Shown: one piece after another, positions 39,409-51,465 of the stretch | Layout: the number at the start of each line of letters is the position of its first letter | Position numbering within the stretch: position 1 is the first letter of the stretch | Origin: Chlorokybus atmophyticus | Taxonomy: Eukaryota > Plantae > Mesostigma and Chlorokybus algae | Assembly: GCA_009103225.1 (NCBI GenBank) | Contig: RHPI01001715.1 | Coordinates: 834,011-898,010 of the forward strand | Direction: 5' to 3' | DNA: 64,000 nucleotides | Notes under the pieces: model-generated | What the model was told of the DNA's origin: nothing | The model's database searches: none | Seen by the model: only the letters and a program-made list of their open reading frames with translations | Translations under genes and position numbers: made by a program

Positions 39409-42400
39409 TCAAGTGCTGCCATTCAACGGGCCCCACACAGCAAGCTCAACGTCGCGCAGACTGCCAGCCTCACGCAGCTCTGGCCGCAGCACAAACAGCG
39501 AGCTGAAGGCATCTTGCGCATGCAGCAGAGTCAAGCACATGGCCACGTACGACAGTAACTGGTCCACCAGCTTGACTTGACCAGCAGAGTGAAGCTCATA
39601 CGCCTGCAAGAACACCTGCAGCAAGCGACTGTCCGCTCGCAAGGCTGACAAGTGTATGGCGACGAGGTCGTAGAGGGCGTGTCCCAGGCACGCATCGCCA
39701 AAGTCTATGAGGTGCTTCATGACCCACTGACCACCACCACCATCTTCACCGTCTTGCTGGCACATTAGAAGATTCTGGTCTGTAGCGTCGGCATGCAGCC
39801 ACACCGGAGGCGAGCTGAGATTCAACAAAGTTGCCGGGTCTGGAGGCAGATAAGTTGGTATCTCCTTCACCAATTCGGATGGCAGAATCCGCTCCCAATA
39901 GTCCGTGCGGCAGGCCAGCTGCTCTCTCTGTGCTCGCAGGAAAGATACAAACCCTCTCCACTCGAGAGGCATGCAATTGTCCGGCAAGTCATATGCAGGC
40001 CTTGCTGATACAGCTTCACCCTCACCCTCCTCACTGTCATCGTGGCCGCATGGTACAAGTGCGTATGACGCATCAGGATCCCACTTGATGGAATCCACGG
40101 GTATGCTATGCAGAAGACGGAGAGTCTCACCGAGTGTTTGCGCGAGCTGGACTTTATTGATGTCACTCAGGCTGTCGTAAACGTCCTCCAGACACGCGCC
40201 CTGGCACTTGGCTGTGATGATGTAGCGAACAGGGCTCTGAGGCGTCATTGCAGGTTTATTGGTGTCTATGAACTGGTCTAACACAGCCTCCTCGACCTCG
40301 AGCTCCCCTGAAGCTAACAGACTCGGCGCCAATGCCGCAAGCTTTGGCTTCACCTGGAACAAGGAACACAATTAGTGACTGTCTGCAAGTCAATACACAC
40401 TGCTTGCAAGTCAAGCTGCATACCCCTGTTCTGCTTTTGCCCACTATACTGTGTGCAGGGCAGCAAGACATACATTAACTGGATAACACTGCGCAAACCT
40501 TCCTCCACCTATGCACAATGGATCAAGGAAACCGCATAGCATACCTGTGGCAATGCGTTGAGCACGTTGGATTCTCGAGACCAGTCTGCGAGCGACTTGG
40601 CATGGTCATCGACCTTGTGTGAGTAGAATTTGACAGCGTGGTCGCCCACCAGGAACACATAGTTTTCGCCGGAGCCCACAGGCAGCAGCTCCTCGCCCTC
40701 CTGCTTCTTCAGGCCAAGTTCAGAGTGGCGCTTGCGCACCTCATCAAGACGACCAACCCACGTGTCCATGTTCAAGCATAGGCGAGCGCACTGCCAGATG
40801 CGCGGCTGCAAGTCTGGCCGGGTGGGCCACAGAGCCCGCAACCACCTCCTCAAATCACGCGCCTGTGGAGACCGAGTTCATGTGGGTCTCAGAACTATGA
40901 ATTTGCTGTGCACACAGCAAGCATGTAAAAGACTTACGTGCAGATAGTCCACGCTCCCGCCTGAGGGTGTGAGGCTGACAGGCTCATATGCTGGCCTAAT
41001 GTGCATGGTGCTCTCAGGCTCCTCCTCATGCATACCATCCTCATCCTCGGCGTGACCATTGGTGCCATTGGCATGTACCGTTCGCTGTTTGCGGGCGTCC
41101 AAGCCAGCTTGCAGAGACTGCATCTGCAAAAGAGGATGTAGAGGGATTGCTACCAGCGTGCCATGTGATAGTAGATAGGTAACCATACTCTGCGTACCTT
41201 CTGGTCGCTGGTTGCATAAGCCAGATCTTGGCACACCGCTTCAAAGTTGGCGCTGCTGACGAAGTTCTGCGTGACGGCGATTGTGAGATCCAAGTTCAAC
41301 ACACAGTGCCACCACCCATGCGGAACAAAAATCGTTTCTCCTGGGTGCTGCACCACTTCAGTAGGCCGATCCTCTGGCCTCAACAGCGGGTACACCTGCA
41401 ACCGTGATGATGACCATAAATGTCTGACCATGAACGTGTTTCCCAAGACTGTGAGCCAATAATGCTACTGCCCAAGTGTTTTTGTCGCACCTCTAAGAAC
41501 CACGTAAGAGAGTTGGGAACGTCAATGTCCGTGTCGCCATCCGCATCGACCTGCACTGTGACAGCTGGAGGAATGTGCCCTGGCGGGTAGAGCGCCCACC
41601 GCTTGGTACCCTACAAGTCTGACAACATCAGTTTCGGTCCGCAGATAGTCAACCTGTAATAATGATGTCAATAACCAACCTTCAAGAGTGTGTTCCAGGC
41701 TGAAGTCATCGCGGGGTCCACATGCCATCCAGCCCCTGAACCAGCACGTGATGTGTAAGGTTGAGTTATGCCATCTCAGTATTGGCCATGCAGCGACTGT
41801 TGCTCAAGTGCACTCACCTGAATGTGCAGGGCCGATGACAAGCCATCTGTAGGCCGGTCTGCGTTTGCCGAGCACGCAGAACAGGTCTTCCGTAAACACG
41901 CGAGGCACGGAGTAGTCCGCAAGGAGCTGCGGAACAGCCTCACCGAAGCGCGAATCAAAGATGTAGAGCGGCTCTTCATCGGCTTGTGTCTGCACATAAT
42001 CGCAATAATCCGCCATTCTCATGGTAACCTTTCTCCCATTCGCCTGCAAACACAACCATTACCACATGTACGCCAGCTGTCAACCCGCAAGCCACAAATG
42101 CAACAATCCGCTTGATGACTGACTGCAGTGCAAACACCCAATCACCTGTGCACCTGTGAGACCTTGAACACAGCATCCGGGTTATTGGCAGCCAGTTTGT
42201 CAATGGTCCATTCGGTCCTCGCAGGCCAGCCCTCAGCCACATCGGTAAGCATCACAGGCACCTGCTTTAGATCGTACGCGGCGGCAAAGGCATCGGCGTT
42301 CATGCCGCTGGTGCTGCACCTCTCTACGCCCTCAGCGAGGGGCATAAATCCAGCCAAGTTCACATGACACCTGCAGTGAGCATGCGCTCCAATGAGACAA

Positions 42401-43165
42401 TGGCCATTTGATTCCAAACAACTTTTTCAGCATGCAACGGTGATGTACATCATTGAGCAACTCTACTGTTGGACGTGATAACAATTTTGTGGACTTCCGG
42501 CTTTGTCACAACCAAACCTACTAAGAATGAACCAACAGCGTACACTGCAGTCAAGACGCCAAGCTTTGTCTTGCAACCTTCAGCTTGCAACAAGGCAGCA
42601 TTGTGTTCAACATAATGAGCACTGTCCGTGCACATCGCAATACAATGCTGGCTTTGCTCGTGGCGCACAGCATATGAGAAGTGCCAGGAAGCAGGTCACA
42701 ATCATTGCGATATCACATCATGCACGCAGCAGTTTGCATGCATGTCGTAGTTCGTTCTTCCGGAACACACCTATACCAACGTCGATAAAGAAAATCGGAC
42801 GTAAAGTCCTCAACACGGAGCCTGTGAGCATTGATGGCGCCTGCAACGGAAGTGCCGCACAGCCGCTCCAGCGCCGTCTTGCGCCAGCTGCCTCGAAACA
42901 CCACATGCCCCTCCGTTTCTTCCAGGCAAATGCTACACACCAACACAATAAGCACAATGCCCTGAAGGAATTGCAAGCAAACCCTTGCAGCTTACCGCAT
43001 CCACAACGGTTCCTCCGTGCACAGCACGCAGAAGACCGAGCTCACGCAGGAGAGGCGAGCGACGTCCCGCGAGCCAAGACGGTCAAAAATATCTACCACG
43101 ACCTCATCCGGCAAAACGGCCAGGTCGCCCAGCGCCGCCGCTCTCCGCCCTCCGACGCCGACCAT
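39409..43165 (-). CDS. F-box + JmjC (JMJD6-like) + C-terminal aminoglycoside-phosphotransferase/kinase-like domain protein (Arabidopsis JMJ21-type architecture)
   Basis: F-box LGDLAVLPDEVVVDIF...LCTEEPLW; JmjC DEEPLYIFDSRFGE, RPAYRWLVIGPAHSG, WHVDPAMTSAWN, PGETIFVPHGWWHCVLNL...VTQNFV; kinase-like WLHADATDQNLL and LIDFGDA...YDLVAIH; stop at 39409. Confidence 0.92.
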
Positions 43166-44466
43166 GACCACACCGACAACTGCCACGTGGTGGACAACAA
43201 ACTCAACACTTGTTACGCAGCACAGCTTGTGCGACTGTCTTGTGCACAGCGCACAAACAGAGAGTGTAGAGAGTGGGACAGACCTTGACAGTGTTGAGCC
43301 AACACAGACCTCAACGCAACATGGCCAACGTGATAGCCTTCATTACTGATAGGCCTATGTCCCGGTTGATTGAATCCGAGGAGACCCTGAACAGGACTTT
43401 TGAGGTTTGGCTTCGAATCTTCAATTGCAAGCGCTCGCTTGTCCGGTCCGCCCACTCTACCCGCTGCTGACAGTCCACAGACCACAACTTCCGAGATGAT
43501 GCTGTGCACTGTCCGACTACAGTCAACCAAGACCGCCAGTGCGGATCTGAATTCCTTGCCAATGACCATTGATGTACAGTCCCTACAAGAGACATAGTTT
43601 ATATATTGTGGGCGGTGCTCTATGCCAGGTGTCCTTATATACGGCATTTGGTACAGTGTAAGTACTACCGTAGTACCGTGTTTAGTAGCAATCCATGGCA
43701 TGATGGCCTATCATCATTGTGGTCACAGCGCCCGTTTTTTTCTATGATGTACTGACACATGTATGACAACGCGGGTACGTTCGTGTCGGCCTCGACGAGC
43801 TTGCACGGCGGCAACCGTCCCGCGTGTCAGAGCATCTTGCCAAAAGCTGCCAGCGTAAGGCTGACGTGAGGTCCCAGACTCGGGTTAATCGAACCGAGAC
43901 AATTGACAGCAAGGGCGGGTTCGAAGTAGAAGTGGTCCTAGAGCACTACATGGCTGCTCGGGTGTGTAGTGACTTCTCTGCGGCGGCGGTGTTGGCCGAG
44001 GTGGTGTCGTCCATGTTGTCGGGGGTGCCCGTGGCTCCGTGGTGTGGTCTTGAGGTTGAGAAGAAGCTGTTGGCGTTGCCGAACTAAGTCGTCGCAGGGT
44101 GCCGGCTTGCTGCCGTACTGCGTGAAAGGTCAGTGCTTGTGGTCCGGCCACAGCCTGCAAACTGCGGCAGGCTGCCAGGCCAGCTGCTGTTGGTTTTGTG
44201 ATGGGTGTGCGTGGATGGCTAGTCAAGAACATCTAGCCTGCGCTGGTTTTCTTCGTTGCCCAAGAAGTGATGGCTTTCAAACATGCTGGTGTCGTGCCGG
44301 TGCATGCGTACCGAACCGGGCTCAGCTTACGTTGCCGCTCCTCGTCAAACACTAAGTGCGACTTTGACGTGTGACGTGTTTGCGTAAGCAGGCAAGAGCG
44401 CTGTTTGAGACTCAGCAAGTGAAAACTTTGTTCAAGGCCGCACAGCCTCATCTTTGGCTCGTCAGC

Positions 44467-46550
44467 ATGGCGAGCCAGAGCCACCCAGAGGCGACGACGC
44501 AGTCGACGACGTTTGGCAGGTACGTCGCAGCGCCTTTGGCATGGCATTTCTCTCCCAATTGCTGTGCTTCTGGGAAATCTCCACCATCCTGAGCATCAGT
44601 GCTGGGGGGCTTTGTGCCCTGCCTGGTTGCATGGCGGCGTGCATGTTACTGTGTGTCGCTGCTCGTTACGCAGACCTGTGATTACGCCAGCTTACGTCGT
44701 GTGGACATCTAGCTGAGTCACTTCGCTGTGTCAACTCTTTTCAGTGAACTGTGTGCTGTTGCATATTGGTTTGGTATCTACTTGCCTCGGTCCTGAATTT
44801 TTCAGTGATAGCTGGGAGTTTCCCTGTTGCGTGAGCGTGTTGGATTGTGTTGCGGTGCAGTGTAAAATTTCAGTGTGTTGCCTCACCAGCCATCAGGGCA
44901 GCTATATGCTGACACGTTGATAGTGTCAGTGCAGCGTTGCAGCATGCCTTTGGAGTGCACCTTCTTCTTAGTGTGCGTTTGGCAGTATTGTCACACAGTG
45001 TCTATCATGTGAGAAAGCTGTGGTCGCATGGGCATTCCACTTGTTGCAGTCAGCTGTCGAGTATTCCTTTTGCATGGCTGGTGCAGTAGCTCAACATGAC
45101 ATTGTAATGGTCTGCATTGTCATTGCTGTCTTGCAGGTTCGTGGATCGCATGAATACGCCTCAGCAAGTGAGAGCGAAGCACAACAAACCTGTTGCCGTG
45201 TTTGGGCGCATTGGTTACTGTGCCAAGGGAGTGTTTTATGCAGTCATTGGTGGGCTCGCCTGCAAAGCTGCAGCTGGTGACAAAAACGCAGATCAGTCTC
45301 CACAGGTATGATTTTGCACAACAACACTTGGAAAGACTTGTTCTGTTTTCTTTGATTGCACATGACGTAATATGATTCCCTTTCAGCAAGCGCTGATCTT
45401 GGTGGGAAGCGGTAATGTTGGATATCCGCTGCTCGTGCTCATGTTCATTGGGCTGTTTTTCTATGTGCTCTGGCGGTTCTGGGAGGGTGCCACTGGGCAA
45501 GGCACAGACCAGAACTTCCCAAAATGGAAGAACTTTTTCAAGTAAGAACCCGCATTACGTACAATGGTTGCATCCATCATCACAGAACACAACTGTACCA
45601 TTGAAATGGTAGAACTGCGCACTCACGTCGTGTGTCTGTTCTGGCTACGTAAGCCTGTTTGCCTGGTGATGCATCTTTCGGTCACCTTTGGTATTGAAGC
45701 AACGTGCTAAGGGCTATGTGACCAGGTTCCGTGTGAGCCCCCTTGTATCAGGAGGCGTGTACACGTTCTACATGGGATATGTATTGTACATCATTGCTAC
45801 GAAGCACAAGCATGATGATAAAACAGACAAACAGGACTGCCTCCTGAACTGGTAAGCTTGCCTGCTGCATTGCTTACGGTTACAGCACCTGCCTCAGCGT
45901 CCTGCACGCATTGCTGCGATTGCATTGTGCAGCATGCGCACTGACTTGCTAACTCCTCCCGCAGTTGGAATAACACTGCCCTTGGTAGAGCCGGCTTGGT
46001 GATGGTAGGCTTAGCATTCCTCATCGCGACCATCACTCAGCTGGATCCGGCTTTGCGTGGCATATTCAAGCGCGAGATGTACCCCAACCTGCCCCGGTGG
46101 CTGTTCTGGTCGATGGTGGTCACTGGCCACCTTGGCTTCCTTGGCCGCGCGGGTGTATTCTTGTTTATGGCAATCGAGTTCTTTCGCTCCGTTGGTAACG
46201 ACGTGAATGAGAGCCACCAGACGGTTGCTAACGCGCTCAACCAGTTGACAAACAACACCGGCGGCAAGATCGTGCTGTTCTTCCTCGGCTTCATGCTCAT
46301 CATCTACGGGCTCTACTGCCAGATCTGCATGTGGACACGCATATTCCCCACGCCGCCGCCGACGGGCCTCAAGCGCACGCAAACCCGCTCTATCGCACGC
46401 GACAAGCCCGTATTACCTGTGACTTCCTTTGATGCTGATACTGCTGCTAAAAGTCGGGTCGACTCCCATGCTACGCCTGACGTGGACCCCAATGGTCAAC
46501 TGTGGCCGCAGGAGAAGCCCGCACGGGAGCAGCTTAGCCCTCCGCTCTAA
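44467..46550 (+). CDS. DUF1206-domain multi-pass membrane protein
   Basis: MASQSHP...FGR|FVDR, then repeated DUF1206-like units FGRIGYCAKGVFYAVIGGL, LLVLMFIGLFFYVLWRFWEG, GHLGFLGRAGVFLFMAI, GGKIVLFFLGFMLIIYGLYC. Canonical GT-AG introns; stop at 46550. Confidence 0.8.
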
Positions 46551-48011
46551 GCTCAGCTGCTACTGGCAAATTATCCTTGCGTTGTTCAGTCAGGTGCTCC
46601 TGGGGTCCTTTGCCCCAGTCATGTTGTGCATAGTGGTAAGTAGTCGCGTTGGTTAATTCGTATATGACTTTGGTAAATCATTGCATCGTATATAGAATAC
46701 CTGCTTTGTGACTCAGAGGGTGTGGTTGTTGCCTTGATCGTGTGTGTATCGTTAGTTGATGAAGGCTTCCGAGCTGGCCAGCACTGCGGTCTGTTCTACG
46801 ACTACCTTGTGAGATCGTGCTTTTGGTGTTAGGGCCTGCATGGTGGCATGCGTACTTTGGTGATGTGGCGTGCGAGGTTAGTGCTAGGCACGTTGGTGTT
46901 CTCAGTTTACAGGCGCCCAGATGCAAAGCACTAGCCGACAGCAAACAAGGCAATAAGCACGGTAAGGTCTTATTATGGCAGGGGTAATGCAAGACTAGGC
47001 CTATGTGCACTAAATGAATGCAAATGAAGCGGAGGGGTGTGGGGCAGCAGCAGTAGGCTAGCATTAACCAACCAACCTGTAGCAAGCAGCACGTGTCAGT
47101 GGTTTGTGCTTAGCTATTGCGTGGGTTGCGCAATGAATTCTACAATTCAATTCAAGAATCCGTAATAGTAGAGACGAACAGAACGCCTTGCAAACCTGAA
47201 GGCGTAGTATGCTGTGCACTGCAACCTATACTCTGAGAGAGATACAGATAGCTATCAATCAGCCATGCACATCAGTCAAAGTTGATCGTGCAAAAGAGTC
47301 CCTCAAGAACGAGGGCCCATGAATACATAGCAATGCATCATCAAGAGCAATACATCGCAAAGGCAAGTTACTGATCAATACCAATATGATGACGATTACA
47401 TACATAGTGACATGCTCCTCATTTCATGTCCTGTGCATGTGCGTCTCTGTCCTGCATTTCATGTACAAACTCGCCAGCGTGGCAGACATGGCAAAGACAA
47501 GCTGACTGCACATCCTGCATAACTTGCAATAGAGCTGCAAGAAAGCGTGCTCAAGCGGAAAGGGGCTAGATGTGTTGCACACCCATGCATGCATGCATGG
47601 CACAAGTCACAAACAAACAACAAGCAAGCAGGGATAGATTAGGCGGGGGCCAAGGCAGGGCTTGTACAACTTAACCTAGACCGTCTAAACCTAAACACTA
47701 AGACCCTCAAGCAGGCAGTGGGAATGGGCAGAGCACGGCAGCACAGCAAGAAGCAACCACCTGCGGAGAGGAGGGAGGGCATGCGATTCCGCTCAGAGAC
47801 AAGCAAGTACCAAGCACAAGCGCGTACGTACTACTGCATATCATATGCGATGCACGAAGTTGACACGCACGAGAGTGTGAGACACTGTGCAACCAATGCA
47901 CATGTCACACTGAGTGCCGCTTCCTTTCATATGTACACAACATGCTTCGCTGCTGCAGCAGCAGGCAGCAATGGCTCAGGTTCAGCACAAACGCCCACCA
48001 TATCAAAGCAG

Positions 48012-50420
48012 TTACAGCGAGCCCACATCTGGCAGCGCCCACAATCTCATAGGCCCGCGTTCGTCCTCATCACTGTCGTCCGACTCATCCTCCAAATACC
48101 GGACTGCTAGCAAGCTACCCAACATGACACTCCTCACAACCTGCAAGAAAAGAAACAACCGTCCACACACAAGCGTCAGCTCAAACACGACAACACAACA
48201 CACACATCCACATGATAGCTCACTGCGATGGCGAGCAGGTGTCGCGGCTGGTGCGTGTGGGCTCGCGCCCCGGAGCGAAGCTTGAACCCCGCTCTCAACG
48301 CAACTCCTAACCGAATATCAACACTGCTGCTGGTGCTGCTTTGGTCTTCATCAGACCGCCAGTATATGTGCCCGCAAACCGTGCACCTCACTCTATCTGA
48401 CCTTGGAGCTAGCCCGGGCCACACTGCAGGCAAGCACACACAATGAGTGCATGCAAGACCTGAACCTCAACACATATTGTGTTTTCAAAGGACTTTCATG
48501 AAGAGTGTTGAATAGTATAGCACTTACTTTGGCATGACATGGCGAATGCTTTCCAAGCATGTCCCCGCTGACGCAAGTCTGCGAGCTGTGCGTTGGTCTC
48601 TGCACTGCCACGCAACTCCAGACGGACGTGTTCCCACGGGAACGTCGACTGCAAATGGCGTGTCCACAGCCAGTCTTCCTTTGCGAGCTCGTGCCAATCC
48701 CTGAACGCACAGATGGGAAAAGTAATGTCACTCACGTTACTCACATGACACTTGTACCCAACTGTTCATACCTACAGACCGCTGAAGCATTTACGAGGGT
48801 GCGGGCGTCGAGGAACTTGAATATTACTGCGATTACGTCGCGGGGCAACGCCGCAGCACCTGAAAGCGTTGCTTGAGACGACGATAACACAATGCAACAT
48901 GGGCATGCATACTTGAACAGAGTGTGCTTGATGGTGAACCGACAGGCATGCAAAGCGGATACCGTCACTATAATGCAGTTTGGCGCCTTCCAAGTGCATA
49001 CCTGTGCAATTCATGTCCGCTTCATCTGTGCCATCGTGAGCAGTATCTGCACAGTGTGACAGTCAGACAGCTTGCAGCATTCCAAAGAAGCTTACAAGAT
49101 CGCGAGCCACATTTCAAGCACCACACATTTTTCTAGTGTATGCACACATGCACGTGTCAGACCTTGCTTCTTGGATCTGCGGTGGCCTGCGAGCGCATGC
49201 TGGCGATAGGCGGCAAGCGCAGTCGTGCGTCGCTGCTTTGGCAATGCGCGCTCCGTCGCCTGCGCCAGTTGCGCTGCCGCTTTGCGCTGCGCACTCGCAT
49301 CAAACCTGCACAGGAACAGGAAAAGCATTGCAATAAGCAGATGTCAACGAGTCTTTTGTGACTATAAAAGGTCTACATATTGCAACCGTAACAAGGCCCT
49401 TCACTTGAAAAGTACCATGCAATGAAACGAGTGCCTGTAATGCCTATTGTTGTGTGAGCGCGCGCACATGCGCTTGCCTGCACGCATGCTCGTTTACATG
49501 TTATGCGTGCATGTGTGTGTGCATGTATATGTGCGTGCGCACGTGCACGGGTGAGATTGCAGGCGTCAGTGATGCATGCGCGCATGTGGAACACCTCCAG
49601 TGAGTGGTAAACTAATCAATCAACAGCTTGTATACACACCGGCTGAGGAGGTTGAGGGCGGTGAGGGTGTCGTCCCACATGACGGTCTGCACGGGTTTGG
49701 CAGAGTGCTCGTAGCAGTGCTGCAATAGCAGGCTCAACTCCACGCACGCCTCCGCATAATCGCCACTGCAGGCCAGACGACCGATAAGCATAATCATAAT
49801 CAGAGAGTATGTTTAACAAGCGCATGAAACGCAATGTGGCCAAATGTGCATGATGATCAACTTCGTTATGTAATTCAAGATGAGAAACCACATGCAATCT
49901 GCGTGGTGTAATTTGTCAACGGGAGAGATGAACGCAAAAAGGATGCAAGTCCAATAAAGGCATGACATGTTGGGAATTCCAGATTGCATGAGTATACAAT
50001 CTGCTGTGCATGCACTAAAGATTGCTTAAACTACTGCTGCGAACTCAAAGTGCTGTGGTTATGTGCTCCGCGGTGAAGCTGCCGAATGAGAGAAACAGAT
50101 GTTGCTTTACAACTGTTGAGCAACAACTTGTGAGTGTGAGTCCATCCAATCTGAAACCAGTCACATGTGGGCATGTTGCGGCTTAAAACAACATGCAACC
50201 TATCTGTTCCACCGGACAAACTTGAACAAGATCAAGTGGCAAACGTAGTGACTTAACCTGCAATACACGTAAAGTTTGTTTCATAACCAGGCAGGCGATC
50301 TACCAACCTCCTGCTAAGCGCAGCTCTCAAGCTCAAAGAATTGTACTCCTTGAGCCCCACATCGCCGGAGTGCAACTCGCCCTTCCCTCCTCCTCCTCCT
50401 CCTCCACCGCCTTTGGGCAT
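48012..50420 (-). CDS. F-box protein of the plant At5g52880-like type
   Basis: EYNSLSLRAALSR|SGDYAEACVELSLLLQHCY...DDTLTALNLL, ERALPKQRRTTALAAYRQHALAGHRRSK, F-box LPRDVIAVIFKFLDARTLVNASAVCRDWHELAKEDWLW, CxxC (RCTVCGH), acidic C-terminus ...ESDDSDEDERGPMRLWALP. Confidence 0.85.
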
Positions 50421-51465
50421 CCCTGCTGTGGTCTGGACGGCAGCAGAACCCAAAACCGGTACAACAACCACGACGCCGCTGATGACGCCGACAACAATAC
50501 CGTCGCCCTCACTACTACCACCAGCTGAATGTTGTAAGCCTGAAGCCCTAATTTGCTCGGTCACCGTTCTCGGTCAGAGTGACTCAGTTGTTAATTAACT
50601 GGCATGCAGTTCAGGTTCAGGCCAAGTCAAAAACGCCACGTGGCAACGGCGGTGAGGAGAAGGAGGAGGCGGTGGAGGAAGTTGATGATGATGGAGGAGG
50701 AGGTACAAGTGCTGTAGTCTAGCTGCAACGATCCATTGTGCTTGACGATTCAATTGTGCTTGCTTTGCAGGTCTTGTTGTCAACAGCTTGCTTTGAGAAG
50801 CTCTCGATTGAGCTTGCGACGCAACAAGTTGCTGCAACTGCAAGAGAGACAAGAGAGATTGCTTCTGAGCAAGATTCGTGTTGCCAGCGTTGTCGGTTGC
50901 TCTTTTAACTTGACGCATTGCATGAAGTGGGGAACAGAGCACCTTCCGCAGAGTGCGTGCCGGTTCGATCGCGGTGCACCTGGCCACATAGCGCATAACC
51001 ACCAACAGCGCACGCATGCACGCTTGCAGAAATGGACTGTTGGCCACGTGCAGTGTTATCATCATCAAAGATCCGCGAGTGCTGGATGTCGGGGCTGGTG
51101 TTCACGCACTTGCGCACAGCTTAGGCCTTTCAGGCTGATAGTCAACCGTCCTGCACTGTGCATACTTGTTGTGTGGTGGATAGCGTCACAATAGTATAAG
51201 TCATGGTGCATGTCATTGGCAATGGTTGCTAGCGCAATGTGCACAGCCTTCCTCTGCCAGTTGCAACCTTTGCAGTCCACATGAGGGCACCGCATGCAAG
51301 CTTGCTACAAAAATATCATTGGCCACTATGTGCTTTGCGGATGTCATGTGCGTGTGCAGCACCTCCAAATGGCAACTACATCGCTGAGGAGATAAAATAT
51401 GTTACGGACAGCAACACTGGTACACTACTTTGTTTCAATAATGGTTCATGGCGGGGGAGGGTCTA

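Noticed and set aside
50595-51194. 150-157 aa ORFs between the F-box gene and RBM42
   Set aside because: No motif or supportable splice link; likely the 3' UTR of RBM42 and the leader of the F-box gene.
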